Below are positions 9,407-25,594 of a DNA stretch of 64,000 bases, in pieces. How positions within the stretch are numbered: position 1 is the stretch's first letter; every line of letters begins with the position of its first letter. The translations under genes were made by a program, and so were the position numbers. Where the stretch lies: the NCBI GenBank assembly GCA_010015585.1, contig ML975169.1. One strand, given 5' to 3'. The notes below the pieces were generated by a model, which made no database searches, was not told the DNA's origin, and saw only the letters and a program-made list of their open reading frames with translations. The stretch comes from Eremomyces bilateralis CBS 781.70 (taxonomy: Eukaryota).

Positions 9407-12054
9407 ATGGCTTCAAAAGCGGAGGGCAGTAACACCGTCAAGCCCTCATTTGCAAAGGTCAGCCCCAGACGACATTTTGGGTCTCAACGGCCTGGTGAGC
9501 TCACTCGTGTCGATGATCAGGTGGCTGCCTCGAATTATAAGCCCACAGGACCCAAGAAGATCGATACCACTATAGCTGCTACTCCGGTCGAGCAGACCGT
9601 TGGTCCATCCAATGCTGCCGGAAATCCATCGGTTCCTGCAACTTCGGAGATGCAGACCCCGACCATCGTGACTACAAAACCGCCAGTAGTATCAAAAGCT
9701 ACGCCGACTGTTGCCTCGAGTGCGACTGCAAAAGGGATCAAGATGCCGCAAGTTGGAGAACGACCGCTTCCTGATGGGATCAAGAACTCCATTGCGGATG
9801 ACAACAGCACCCAAGTTTCTTCCTCTGGGGGCTCGGCGAAGGTTCCTAGCCTGGATGGAAAAAGCACTACATCTGGTACTACATTCGCCATGGACGAGAA
9901 AGAATCCCTTCGACCAGACGACAGTGCAAGCTTGCGAGCCGTGGAGGAAGAGGATGCCTTCTCGCCCGCCGAGTCGGTAAACGCAGAATCACGCAATGGT
10001 TCGGATACCGGTGCACAAGCCTTTCGTGATCAGTTACATGAGATTGCTGTTATTGATCCAATGTCAAAGCGTTACCCTGGGGATGTACCAGCTCCTCCTC
10101 CGGTCAGTCATCCGGCCGGCAACCCAGGCGATGCTTTCAACAATCCTATGCAGGAGTACTCGCTTCCTGTGAGACCCGACACCAATCCTACGAATGGAAT
10201 GCCACAACCGGACGAAAAGCTGATCGAAGCACTTCAATCGTACCGAGATCGCGTCTGGGTTCTCAAACTTGAGCAAGACGTCTTAGACTTCATCAAGAAT
10301 CCGAGGTGAGTACCTACCTTGACTTATAAAAGAGTTCTCTAACACATTCGCAGTGAGCAACAGCTGGACTTGCCTCAGTGTAACTCATTCTATCGGATGC
10401 TTGCACATCGAATGGCAGACTATTACATGCTGAGGCATACGCTCGACCCATCCGGGAACGCTGTTCGCATCCATAAGACCGATTTTAATAGACTGTGGGT
10501 TTATCCTCCCTAAGGAGTCACAGAAAGTACTAATTCCTCTCCAGTCCGGCTCCTTTGTGCAGCTGGCCTGTCGTCTCTACGATTACACCGCCGCCTAGCC
10601 TTCCTGCAAGGACCATAATGCGTCGCAGCGATGATGGCAAAAATACCCCAAACACCGACGCAGCCGGCTCCAAGTCCAACAGCGAGGTTGGAGCCGACGG
10701 TACGAGCGAGGGGGGCGACGCCAAATCGAAGGGACAGCTGTCTCGAGAAGAACGCGAAGCGAAATACAAGGAGGCACGCATGCGCATCTTCGGCAGTTCC
10801 GAGGAGACGGAGAATGCTGACGGCGAGATCAACCCGGATAATGCCGACATTTCTCGATCCAGTTCCGTGGCCGGAAAGCGGAAGGCTGCGAATAAGAAGC
10901 AAAGAAACTATGACAATGACGGGTTTGAAGCCAGGTCTCAGTTCAATCCGTACTACGCCCCTCCTCCCACGTATATGGCGCCCGACAACAACTACTATGC
11001 TGGATATCCCGGCATGGGCAACAACACACCGTATCCGCCAAACGGTACCAATGCTATGGCCTCCAACGGATCCTTCCAACCCATGCCGCAATCTCCCACC
11101 GGTCTCGGCTGGCAGCAACCGCAGTTCATGGGCCCCCCTCAGAATGTAGGGAGTCCAATGTACACTGCACCGAGTGGGCAAATGTTCGACCTTTCAGCGG
11201 ATTTCCAACGTGGAATGCAGTCATTCCAGAACTCTGCGAGTTCTCCTCAGATGCCCCCACGATATCCGGTACACAATGGTCCAGCAAAATCGGGGTTCCC
11301 CATGCAGCAATATCCCCAGCAATGGCCTCAGTCCCCGGTTATGCCGAACATGCCGAATCCGTCACCCGGGATGGGCAACAATAACATGTCCTTCAACTTC
11401 CCTCCGGGCCCGAATATGGGCCATCCTCAACACTCCTATGGCATGCCTCCTGGATCTCCGTATTTCAATGGCAATGGCGCAAGAGTGCAGTCGGCAGGTT
11501 ATCCGCACAATCGGCAACAGTTCAACCCGCAGAGCCAGTCCTTCAACCCGCAGAGCCAGACGTTCATACCCGGATCTCAAAACCAGATGAACATGGGACC
11601 CATGCCCACGCATAACGGACCGATCGGACCCTACCCTCCCAACCGCAACATGACACCGTCCTCGACTCTCAACCACACAACTGCCCACAGCTCCATCACC
11701 CCGAACCGCGCACAACCGAACGGCCAGACCCCCCCGTCCACCAACTCTACCGCCACGGCGTCGGCAGGAAACAGCGCGACCAACAGCATGGGATCCCTCA
11801 CCCACCCACTCCCCCACCCGCCCCCAACCCAGAGCAGCATCTCCAAATGGGGCACCCCCTCCAGCCTCCCGCAGAAACCCCCTCCCCCCGCAACTATGCA
11901 GCCGGAGAAATTCATCGAGACCCACCGTGGCACCCCGCCGCACGCCATCCCCGGCATGCCACGGATGCCATCCGCGGCAGGGATGCTCGGGATCGCGCCG
12001 ATGGCGATGTTTACTGGGAACGGGATGTCGGGTCGGGGGACGGGTCAGAAATAG
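9407..12054 (+). CDS. R3H and SUZ domain RNA-binding protein (Rbs1/Encore-like); 3 exons
   Basis: DRVWVLKLEQD, then an exon encoding LPQCNSFYRMLAHRMADYYML (R3H), SREEREAKYKEARMRIFG (SUZ) and a low-complexity P/Q/N-rich tail. Confidence 0.88.
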
Positions 12055-13424
12055 GTGCGAGATTGCGCGACTGCGTGGGTTCTGAGTCTGGTACAGGGAG
12101 GGACATGGACAAGATCGGACGGATCCGATACGAAGTTATGACAATTGCAGGGCACTCGTCGAAAACCTTGTGATCATGGCGAACGGGGAGTTTGCCGGTA
12201 GGTGTATGGTCAGTCGGAAACCACGCCATAAACGTGTTTCCACACCCAGAAAACATAGACGCGCTCTTCGACACAGCATCGTCGTCGGCGCGGATTTTCG
12301 CGGATTTTCCGGGGCGTTTTGCATAGCTTATGGGCTGGGGCATGCGGTGGGATGGGGCGTTACGGATGGGTGCTTATGCTACGGCTTGATTAGACGGGTA
12401 ATCATAAATGGGAAAAACTGTCATTGAACGTCTTTGAGGTCTTTTTATTGGTGTCACTAGCTGAGATTTCGCCGTCCTGGTGGTGTGGATCCATACCACT
12501 GTAACTAATATCTATGTCCGGACCATCCTCCTATGTTGCTCCATCCACCATCGCGGCACCCGATCCAAGCTCCTTGTAAGATTCGGGTATGCCAACGCCT
12601 GCATTTAGCAAAGTTATTTATAGGAATTCCATCGCGCTCGAAACTGCTAACGTGGCGGTTTAATTCTTAAACGCTGCACTAACAAGAGCGCGAGAATGCC
12701 GAGGAAAGCTTCCCTGAGTTGTTTCTAGTCCTATTGGTACGACAGACGATGGATGGGCAGGATTAACAGTAAATACGATCACAATGGAAGTATTCAAGAG
12801 GGTAGAAAGACTGTATTCAGTTTCGAATCGACGCTGTTCCTTTATTCTATGAACATCAAGGTTTTAATTACATGCGCTTCGATCCCATGCAGCCTCCCAA
12901 TTGGACCTGCCCACTACATATACATACTCCTGAGCGCCGGTGCAAATGAGGGTATCAATTCCAATTCCATGGGATGGAAAGTGGACAAAAGGAGCCAATC
13001 TCGCCGCCCAACACGGAAGTCTTCGACGTAACCCCCGAAATCAGATTCGCTGACTCCCATCCTTGAGTCTCCCTGTGCTTGCACTCTATATAGTTCTTCA
13101 GCCGTCATGTAGGGGAAAGGTTTCTCATAACCCCGCTCGGTACAGGCGTCAATAGTGCAGCCATCACTCGTCTAAGAATACCAGCACCGGGCGAAAGTTC
13201 CGGTGCGAGCTCGATGAGCTGAGGACGTTTGTTGGAAGCGGTGATCGTGTCTGGATGGCGTACAGCAGGGCCGTAGAAAAAGAAAGGACCCTAGCGTCTT
13301 CTGCGAGATCTTCCAGGAGTCGGTAGACGCATGAAAGCCGCGGTATAGGTGACGTGCCATGATAGAGGCCAGTGAGTGCGTGGTAAGAAAACTCCATCTA
13401 TTCTTTGCGGGCAGCGCCAGTGAT

Positions 13425-14528
13425 TCACCACATATCTTGCGCGGTTTTCCTCCGCGACCTCGTATCCATCGATCCCGGGAACAATTCTCGCCCAGCATTC
13501 TTGCTCTTCTGCGGAAAGAGCTCCACTGCCGGGGTGTCTCTGTCTCGTTTCGCGGCACCTTTGAAGCTCACTTCCCCTTGGCCTTTGGCGCTGGTCCCGG
13601 CCTGACCTTTGACACTGATCTCACCCTGCCCACGGATCTGATAATCGTCCACCCGCTGGTCGGCAGCAACGCGTTCTTCCAAGGTTTTCCGGATGGTCTT
13701 GACCGCAGCCCGATGCTCCGGGCTGATGGGCGGGCCGTCGGAGCTCTGGCCCGTCTCGTCGACGGCGTCTGAGCGTCGGTGATTGGTCGGAGGCGGTCGT
13801 GATGGGTTTCGCGAGCGCGGACGCTTCAACGACGGCTCCGAAACCTTCTCGGGAAAGAGCTCGACGCCCGTATTCAAGCGAGCGATGATGTCGTCGGGCA
13901 TTGGCGGGTCCTCGTCGCGCGATCGCTTCTTGGAACGCGGCGTATCGTACAGAAGCCCCGTAGCGGGACTTCGGCTTCGCCGCTGTCGGGGTTGGTTTCT
14001 CGGGTCCTTCTCCGGGTGCAGGAGGTAGTATCTGCTCAGCTCGTGCGCACGCCGCTTCTTGACGTCGCCCGAGTTAGCTTGGCGGATCGTGAGCTCCGCG
14101 TCCGGGCGCTTGGAGAGGATCCGGGCGGGGCGCAACTGCGCGGCGTCGAAGCTGTGTGGGTCGATGGAATGGTGGGTGAGCGCCTCGAGGGCCGCACGGG
14201 CGTCCTCTTCGGCGAGGAACACGAGATTGGTGGAGGTGTCGTTCAGCCATTCAACCTTGTAGAGGAACTTCGCCGGGAGATACTGGTCGGCGTAGGCATG
14301 GATGTCTTCGGTGGAAAGGTCGTCTAGGCCGCGTAGGTGGATTTTCAGAGGAGACGGTGTGAGAGACTCAGCGGACGGCAAGATTGAGGTCGAGGTCGCA
14401 TGAGTCGGCTGAGGATGGCTGGGGAGAGGAGATTCGGTGGATTCTTCGAACGCGAGTTGTTCGATGGAGGGATCGATGGAGAGGTCGAGGTCGATGTCGA
14501 CGTCCATCAGCTCTTGCGGATCCGCCAT
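13425..14528 (-). CDS. Nuclear cap-binding protein subunit 3-like (NCBP3/DUF2414) RRM-like protein
   Basis: KIHLRGLDDLSTEDI..., KVEWLNDTSTNLVF, LTIRQA..DVKKRRAHELSRYYLLHP and repeated ELFP motifs. Confidence 0.8.
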   Translation of the reverse strand: MADPQELMDVDIDLDLSIDPSIEQLAFEESTESPLPSHPQPTHATSTSILPSAESLTPSPLKIHLRGLDDLSTEDIHAYADQYLPAKFLYKVEWLNDTSTNLVFLAEEDARAALEALTHHSIDPHSFDAAQLRPARILSKRPDAELTIRQANSGDVKKRRAHELSRYYLLHPEKDPRNQPRQRRSRSPATGLLYDTPRSKKRSRDEDPPMPDDIIARLNTGVELFPEKVSEPSLKRPRSRNPSRPPPTNHRRSDAVDETGQSSDGPPISPEHRAAVKTIRKTLEERVAADQRVDDYQIRGQGEISVKGQAGTSAKGQGEVSFKGAAKRDRDTPAVELFPQKSKNAGRELFPGSMDTRSRRKTAQDMW

Positions 14529-15097
14529 CTTGTTCAATGTTGCGCACTATTCGGAGTCTAATCGGTCGAAGGTGTGAGAACTGCGAGATAGGACGATCGG
14601 AGGTGAAGTTCTTGCAGTTTTGGTCTGAGGAGTCCGCCGGTAATTGCGGACCTGATAGCGGGGTGACAACAGTGGATGCCAAGACATGACGGGTGCGAAG
14701 CGGCGGAGCGGAATTTGTAGAGCGGAATTCGGAACATGGAGCGGTCAGAGTGACGACCTCTCGAGATGTGATGGGGGACTGATGAACGCGAAGGGAATAC
14801 GACTTTTGAAATTGAACGTTGAGATATCAGATATGCATATTCTAACTATGATTGTAAAGCCACATCACGCATGAAAATAAGGAAATATATGCCCTTCAGT
14901 GGACGTGCAGTCTGGATTCACCGACGGCCGGCGACGGGACCTTCCTGGCAAGGCTGACATATCTGCTTAGTTCATTGAGGATCACCACCCACTCGTCCAT
15001 TGACATGATCGAGTGGCTTATCAACAATGTCATAGTTCAACCGCAGTGTTGCCTTGGTTGGTTATAGAAATGAGTGTTGAAGGCAACGCCAAGCCAA

Positions 15098-16644
15098 ATG
15101 GACACGCAAGAAGGCCTGAGGCCAGCAGCGGCTGGACGAAGCAGCATCGACTCGGATTCCACTGATATATCAGAGCTAGTGATTGAGGAGCCTCCGGAGT
15201 CGCATGGCGGATTCCCTCCAAGAGACGGGATTGAGGCGTGGAAATTCCTGTTGGGTTGTTCTATAGTTGAAGCTTTTATCTGGGGTATGATACACCCATC
15301 CTCCCCGATCTCTCCGCTCGAACAAGGGACTAATGCGGTGATACCATATTAGCATTTGCCCTATCGTTCGGGATATTCGAGGCCTATTTTGGAACTCACC
15401 CGGCATATCAATCATCCTCATATATATCCACCATCGGAACCCTCTCCGTCGGCCTATCTTATCTAGGCCTTCCTCCCATCAACGCCTTAGCGCTCCGTTA
15501 CCCCCACCGCCAGCGTCAGCTCATGATCCTAGGCTGGCTACTCACCCTGTTCTCTCTTCTCTGCGCCTCCCAGGCCACCAAGGTATGGCACCTGGTGCTC
15601 TGGCAAGGTTTCGCGCTCGGCCTCGGCTGGGTCGTCTGCTATGCGCCGTTCCTGATCATGTTGAACGGGTGGTTCGACAAGCGGCGAGGCCTGGCGTACG
15701 GTATCGTGTTCGGCGCCTCGGGTCTAAGCGGGATGATTATTCCGTTCTTATTAGAGAAAGGTCTACGGGAACACGGCTATGAAGTCACGCTGCAGTACTT
15801 CGTCCTTGCCACCATCATCGTGACCGGTCCAGCATTACTGTTAATCAAGCCTCGAGTAACTTCTCAGAAACGGGAACTGCAGCAGGACGACACTTCGCCA
15901 TTCCTAGGACGTCCACACCGAAAGCCACAGGACATAAACACCGACAACTCTTACTATGGCTTCTTGCATTCCGTCCCCGCCCTCCTCTTCATGCTCTCCG
16001 TTCTTCTCCAAGGCCTCGCCGGCTTCCTCCCGGACATTTTCATCCCTTCTTATTCCGCTGCAATATCCCCACCCGGGAACTACGGAGATCTCCTCCTCGC
16101 ACTCCGCTCTTTGTTCCAAACCGTTGGACAAATCGGCATCGGCTATGCTTCCGACGTATTCCATCCGCTTCTTCCGCCATTCATCGATGTTGCGGTGTCG
16201 ACTGTGTCGGTTATCGGAATCTGGGGTCCCGCGAAGTCGACACCAGTGCTCGCCTTGTTTGCTTCTATATGGGGCGCATTTGCTGGGGGTTATAGTGTCG
16301 TGTGGTTTCGAGCTGTGGCTCTATTGGCCGAGTCTCGAATTTCGTCAGCAGAGAGGTCAAGACCGGAGGGTTGCTCACCGCAGACAGTGACAATGTACGG
16401 ATGGTGTAGTTTCCTACGCGGGGTCGCGATGATCGTCGGTGGTTATATAGGAGCTAATTTACTAGGGAAAGAATCCGATGTGGATCTAGAGAAATTCGGA
16501 CTGGGCAGATGGGATTGGGTGGTGCGGTTTTGTGCGATCGCGCTGTTTGCGAGTACGATTTGCGGGGGCCTGTGCTGGAAGTGGGACATCGTCGCACGAC
16601 GACGGCGGGCGAATCGATCGGCTCATACACTAGATGACCGGTAG
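15098..16644 (+). CDS. MFS monocarboxylate-porter family (Mch-like) transporter; 2 exons
   Basis: PPRDGIEAWKFLLGC..EAFIWG, intron ~15285-15351, WFDKRRGLAYGIVFGASGLSG and about 12 hydrophobic segments. Confidence 0.88.
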
Positions 16645-16958
16645 GGTCGCGAGAAGGATCTTGGAGAGGTTGAATTGCATAGGACTTCAATAACGCAAAC
16701 GAGCGATGAACCACACGCTTCGCGGAACAAATAAACCATCGTTTTTTGCAGTGCGTACCGTCAGCTCTTGAATTCATACCTGTATTGCAAAATTGCTACC
16801 CGCCGCCATTCACATCGAACACTGCCCTGCCAATTCTCTCACGTAAAAATAACTGAAGAACCCTTTTCCGTCGCGTCAAATGCATGGTCATTGCATTCGT
16901 GGACCAATTTCGCAAGCTTGCCTACACCAGTCAAATCAACCACTACTCCTGCAACACC

Positions 16959-19637
<2,679 letters not shown>

Positions 19638-20785
19638 CGTGTCCGAGTTTGAGCGCTGTTCTGCAGCTCACAACAGCTCGAACTCTGCCTGTGCCGCGGT
19701 CTTTCAGGTGGCCTTTACTCTAGAATAAGGAATTCGATTGCGACGACGAAGCACCACGGTGATCGGCGGGGAATGAGTGGTGTTGGGAAATGCGAGGTGT
19801 CAATGTGGAACTTTGGGAATCATATGATTAGGAGGAATCGTTGCTCATCAAATCCAAGGAAGAGCACGACAGGAAGTGCCAGCTATCTTGATGTTTGAAC
19901 GGTAACGGTATCGGCCACAGTGGAAGTTCCAGGTTGTGGACAGCGAGTGACTAGGTTCCTAATCGGGTTTAGCGCGTCACACTCCCGCCTTTATCTTGAC
20001 TTCCGCTTCCTCCCAATTTTCTTCTTCTCTCTTAACATTATCGCCAGCACAAATTCCATATTATTATCGACATCCTCCGATCTTTTCTGCGGAGGTTGTT
20101 TTCGTGCTGTGCGGAGAGTAATATTACTATCTCATTACTGGGCACCTGGACTGGAAGAGTCATTCCGACTCTTGGGATATTCTGGGAATCAGTAGAGGTA
20201 CATTTCGACTCTGAGGACTGTGTATTTGCTCTTGAAATCAATACTTCCTTCATATTCAATATCTGTCCGCATCTTGTTAATGATACTGTGGTGACTTCGC
20301 GTTATTAAGAGCTTGGTCGGCGCTGCAATGATCGCTTGGCTCGAACCGAGCAGGAGGAACTGAAGCAAGATGGTGGAGTCGACTCCGAAAGGATGATTCA
20401 TTCTCCCTAAATCCGAAGGGTGTCCACCCATGAACTTGAACTTGAACTCGAACCCAATCCCATCCTGTTTTGTCGCTACATACTGGCCACGCAAGCGAAG
20501 GGAAGCTATCCCCTAAGCCACGCCGCTTCTGCCCAGCAGAATCCCTCTTCATCCCCTCTCAACGCTGGCCTTACAAGCGAAGGGAGCCCGCTCCCTAAGC
20601 CTGCTCCATAAGCCGAGCCTCTTCTGACCAGCAGAATTCCTTCACCCCTTCACACCTCTCCTCCGACGCACCATTGGGCTGCCGATCTGCGGCCACCGTA
20701 GTTCTCCGTACGTCCCCCAGAACCGATGTATGGCGTCCGCCGACCGATCAAACCCGCAGGCCCGCATCTCCCGCCCAATTCCCCT

Positions 20786-21617
20786 TTAAAGCCTCCCCTC
20801 ATCCACCACGCCCCGTAGCAGCACCGCCCCGGGCCGCGCCATCCTCATCTTCCTCGCCAACGCGTCCCGCTCCCACCACCCCCACCCCCTCACCCTCTCC
20901 CTCCACCTCGTGCATACTGGGCAACAGCATGTGTTGTCCTCCCCTTTGGGCACGGATTGCCCCCCGAATAGGCCACATTTTTGATGGAACCATGTGTCCC
21001 CATCGGCAACATGGTGTCGTGGCTTCGGATGGTCACACGCAACCCACCTGACGTCGTGGTATCTGCCATCGCAGGCTACGCACAGCCTGTCGGATTCGTT
21101 AAGTAGGTTGACGTGCTCCCTCCGCTTTATGGGCCTGTCCGAGGGCGGCGCGCCTGCAGCAACTTCTTCTTCGTCGTCCTCGTCGTCCTCTCGTCCCCGT
21201 TTTTGTCTGCGCGACGTCGGTGACTGCTCGGGGTCGTCACGCCCTGCGTCTCGTCGACTGCGCATTGTTGGGGTTGATGGCGCGGCGCTGTCAGGCTTGC
21301 CTGCGACCCTTCCAGATCGTGGTGCGAGAGTAACTCATAGGGGGATCTGGATGTCGCATGTGGTATGCTTTTCCGATTGCCCGCGGTGTTATGCTCGGGT
21401 GGATGGCCTTGATCGTACGCCAGGCATCCGGGAGCACGACCCCTGGGAACATATCTTCAATCATGGATTCGTCGTCCTTAGAGATCCAGCCCTCAGGAGT
21501 GTCCTCCCTGACACATGGGGATGCTTCGGCGATGCTCTGTCTGGTGTCCAACATGGCGAGCGTGAGAGGGGGAGGAGGGGGTTTGTGATGGCCTGAAAGC
21601 CAGGAGGGGAGAAACAA
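20786..21617 (-). pseudogene. Orphan or degenerate ORF pair with a C-terminal PHD-finger-like Cys/His motif
   Basis: CVACD...WVACD...WFHQKC...CPVC in ORF 20786-21265. The upstream ORF 21291-21617 is in a different frame with no clean intron visible. Confidence 0.4.
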
Positions 21618-22887
21618 TCAACTGACGACTTCGCCGGCGAAGCCCTGTTGATGTGGAAAAGTAAAAGCGGAAACACGGGGAATGCTTGGTGGTCTGAGAG
21701 TACGCTTGTTGTGTGTATCTTGAGCTTTTGCTTGTCTAAAGAAAAACCAGGGAAAGGGAGAGGATGATTGCGAAGATATAGGCCTCGACTTCAACAGGTA
21801 AGAAACATTGCTCTATTGTGGACTTTGCGCTATTGAATTCCTATCCTATGAACCGTACATCGCTATAGAGTTTCTTATTTAGTTCCGCTATTGTTCATCT
21901 ATTGTTCTTCAATTGCTTCCTAGTCCTGCTATTGTTGCTCTGATGAATTAATGTAGTACATTACCTGAAGCCATGTGAATTGCTATCAAGGAGGGTCAGT
22001 TTATTGAGCTTATTGTTCAGTTCCTCTTAATGGTGGCCTTCATCAACATCACTCATCACTATCCGGGCATTCAATGACTAAGTCTCAAATGACCTGGCAC
22101 AACAGCAGTTCGCGGTTTAAATCGAACCGAATTCGAATAGAAGGCTAGCGATATCCTGCTTTCCGACGGTCCGGTAAACGGGGAATTGTTCAGTGATTTT
22201 TGTTCAGAGATAAATTCTGGCAGTTTCGAGGTTCAAGAATCGATGAGCATGAGCACAAATTCAAGGAAACCTTCAAGAAACTATTCCCAACAGAGACCAA
22301 CTTTGAATTCCAGCGGCATATATTTGGAATTCAGACGCTCATGAAGCTCAATAAAAGCCATCTCAATATAGATAAGTATCGGACTTCGAATATAATATGC
22401 GATATGAAAATGATGCTGACTTCAGCACGAATGACTCTATATTGACGGATTTAGGGTTTCAAGAGGAACCTTCAGCGACAGAAGGGAAAGGACAGATATA
22501 TATATATTAGATACTGTAGCAAACATACTTAACCTATGATTCCCATGAAAAGGATGCAGTAAACCTGATGATGACAATTGAAACTGTTGTGGCGATGATT
22601 GAACTGGTTTGATCCTGTCAGACTCTAATTAGTCCATTTAATCCCTTGGCGGTAGAAATTTTGAGGCCTGAGGCAGTCAGGCTGAACAAGAGCTTTGCAG
22701 AATCGCTTGGCAACTGTTTACATCGCGAACTCTCACTCCGTGATCAAGTTTAACACTGGTTGGAGTGGTTAGGTGTTGTTGTCTTCCAGGTCATGAACAA
22801 GCAGTTGCTGTTAGTTGATCCGCTTCTTCTCAAATCCATGTTTCCATCCTAGGCTTCTTTTTCCGCTCTGTCCCATCCACCGTCACT

Positions 22888-25323
22888 ATGGCTGACATTC
22901 GGGCGATTCCCACGGCTCGACCATATCGAAATTTCCTGACGCCTGCCCTGCATGACCGTTTCGTCAAAGCCGCAACCGTAACATGCGGCGTTTGCCTGCT
23001 CATTGGACCTCTGATGTCCCATACAGGCAAGTGGGAAGGTATTCTTTTCCAACCATCGTGCTAATAGCTTGCAGAGAGATCATGGTTTCTCGGTCCGATT
23101 CGCGCAATCTTTCGCGCAACGGTATTGTTCATCCCATGCCTCCTATTTTGGATAGCACGACTAGTGAACATGCACTGTAGGTCATGGAAAACGATTGGAA
23201 AGGATGTGTGCTCACGTAAATATAGATGGCTCCGAGCTATCAAACTCGCCCTTCCACACCTTTCTACATTACATATCGACAACGAAACGAGTCCAGACAT
23301 ATCTGTGGGTGGTAGCGGCAACCAGACTCTACGCCGAGATATACATGGCGTATGCAGGTTCCGAAGCCCGTTATAGTTGGGTGGAGGTAGGAAAGTACGT
23401 TTTATGCAAGCCGCTGGAATTAATGGATACTGATCGCAAAGCAGAGCCTGGGAGAGGAGCAAAGTCAACGAACGATACATCTTCATTGCGTTCATGTTTT
23501 CTTGGTTGGGGCTGGCCAAGTCGACATGGCATATCTACTGCGACCGAGACAAGCTGCCCATACCAATTATCAAATACAAACCGCAGTCCGAACCGAAAGA
23601 TTTGCGACCACCACCCTCTCCAGAGCCCTTTTCCTTCGCAAATCTGCGCGCAGCCGCATCGAAATCCTTACAGTCAGGGCTTTCGGAATCAGGGGTCCAG
23701 ATGCCTGGGTATTCGGTCTCTGTACGAAAGCATGTGCAAAGCGTGCTTTTGGATTCGCTCAGCATGACTAGTTTTACGGTCCTTAGCGGCACGTTCCTAT
23801 ATGCTACAGTGTTTCGCCAACCGCTGTGGTACATCCAACATCAATGTCTTCATTACTTTTACGGCGTGTTCTACACCCTTCAAAAGCAGTCAACTCCCGG
23901 TCCCTATCCAGGCCTCCTTGATCTGGTCGGTCGGTTTACGTACCAAGCGACATTATGCAATATCCTGCTGGAGTGTGCAAGTACAGCCTTCACTGCCTAT
24001 ACCGCACAAGGACCCACAAAGCGACAGAAACTGCTCTCGGAAGACTCGAAGGACCCGAATGGCAGTTTGATCCTCGGTCTGAAGGCACAAAAGGAGATGG
24101 TAAGGACAATGGCCTTCTGGGAACTTCTCGACCTCACCAAAACTCATGTGACCCGCCGAGGCACCATTTTCGAAGAAATCGATCGAGTGGGCGGTTCAAC
24201 ATGGAGTCAAATCCTCACTCTATGCTTGAAAGAGATGAGTGACGTCTCAGGGCGGATAGAGGCAACCAAAACACCGGCAGAACCCAAGGAGACGAACGGG
24301 ACCTCGAAACAGCCGGAGAGGCCGGTGATCAAGACATTACCCCGACTTACTCCGTCCATCAAAACGGACAACATCTTCTCACCGTCGCCCAAATCTAAAT
24401 CAAGGCAATTGGCCGGCGAGGTGGCCGGTTCATTTATTCACGAACCGCGGAAAACTCCATCAAAATGGCCCCACAATTTCTGGACACTGGTCAAAGAGGC
24501 CGTCGGATCGGTCATCCAGCTGCTTTCCGTTATCACCGAGTACATTCTGCGTTGGCCGATCGTCGGACTCCCATTCCGTACCTCGATGTCGCGACGTGCA
24601 GCATTCACCCTGCTCTCCCGACCCGAGTCGCCTAATTATCTTCTTTCCTGGATTCCTTTCATTTCTCCTACTCCCTGTACGCTAAGCGATGCGTCGAACA
24701 TCGCGGATGCCGCGACTACGCTAGCGGGCCTTCTCGAGGCCAGTCTCAGGGAGGATCGAGTGGGACTGGTGCAAAAGGACGTTCAGAGGGTCGTGTCTAC
24801 CCTGACCAAGACCATCGCGGACATCGAAGCATTTGTCAATGGGATGCGTCCCTGGCCATCTGACGCCGAACTTCTGTTCATAGACGACACGAACTCAGGG
24901 GATTGGCTAGCGACTTTGCAGACGACGAAGTACCAGGTCCTTCATGAAGGTGAAGTCGGCGAAGTCGTGCAAGCATTGAAAGCAGCGTTGACAAGTGTCC
25001 TCGGCTCCTTCGCGGAATATGCGAGCAGTGTCGGCCTGAGTGAGGCTGCATTGAAGAATGCCAAAGATGTACTGGCGGCTGGTGAAACCAAGCCTCGCAA
25101 ACCCGCTCGTCTTCCCGTCCCCGATCGAGAACAAAACATCGGACACAGTAGACCAGAGATGGAGCACGTGAACGGCAGGAGGCGCCCAATACCCAAGGCG
25201 CCAAGATTCCAACCCTACACCCCGGCCGAGCTTGAAGAACGACGCGCAGCCCGGGAGCCTCCAGCTGTAAAGATCATCCCATACACCGAGCAGGAGCTTG
25301 CGGAGAGAGGTGGGCGGCTATGA
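22888..25323 (+). CDS. NDC1: Nucleoporin Ndc1; multi-exon
   Basis: N-terminal RPYRNFLTPALHDRF, several transmembrane segments, LSEDSKDPNGSLILGLK, AFWEL...RR..IFEEIDRVGGSTWSQI, SLREDRVGLVQKDV. Confidence 0.85.
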
Positions 25324-25594
25324 CCTCCGGCCCATATGGTCCACCCTTATTGAATAATTTCGTGCATTGGAGGCATAGCCACGGCGTTTGGATGGTATGT
25401 TTCAGATCGGGAAAGCTGGAGTGGCTCTGAAATTGAACATGTACACTATGAGTTCGGATCGGCAGATTTCCGTCTTTCATGTATTGGAATGGGCGGGAAA
25501 AATCCTCACATTGGGTATAAATAAGCTATGCTATAAACGAAAGCCTCCAAATAAAATCGTAAGTTCATGAACTCGTTCCACGCATCAGCATCGC

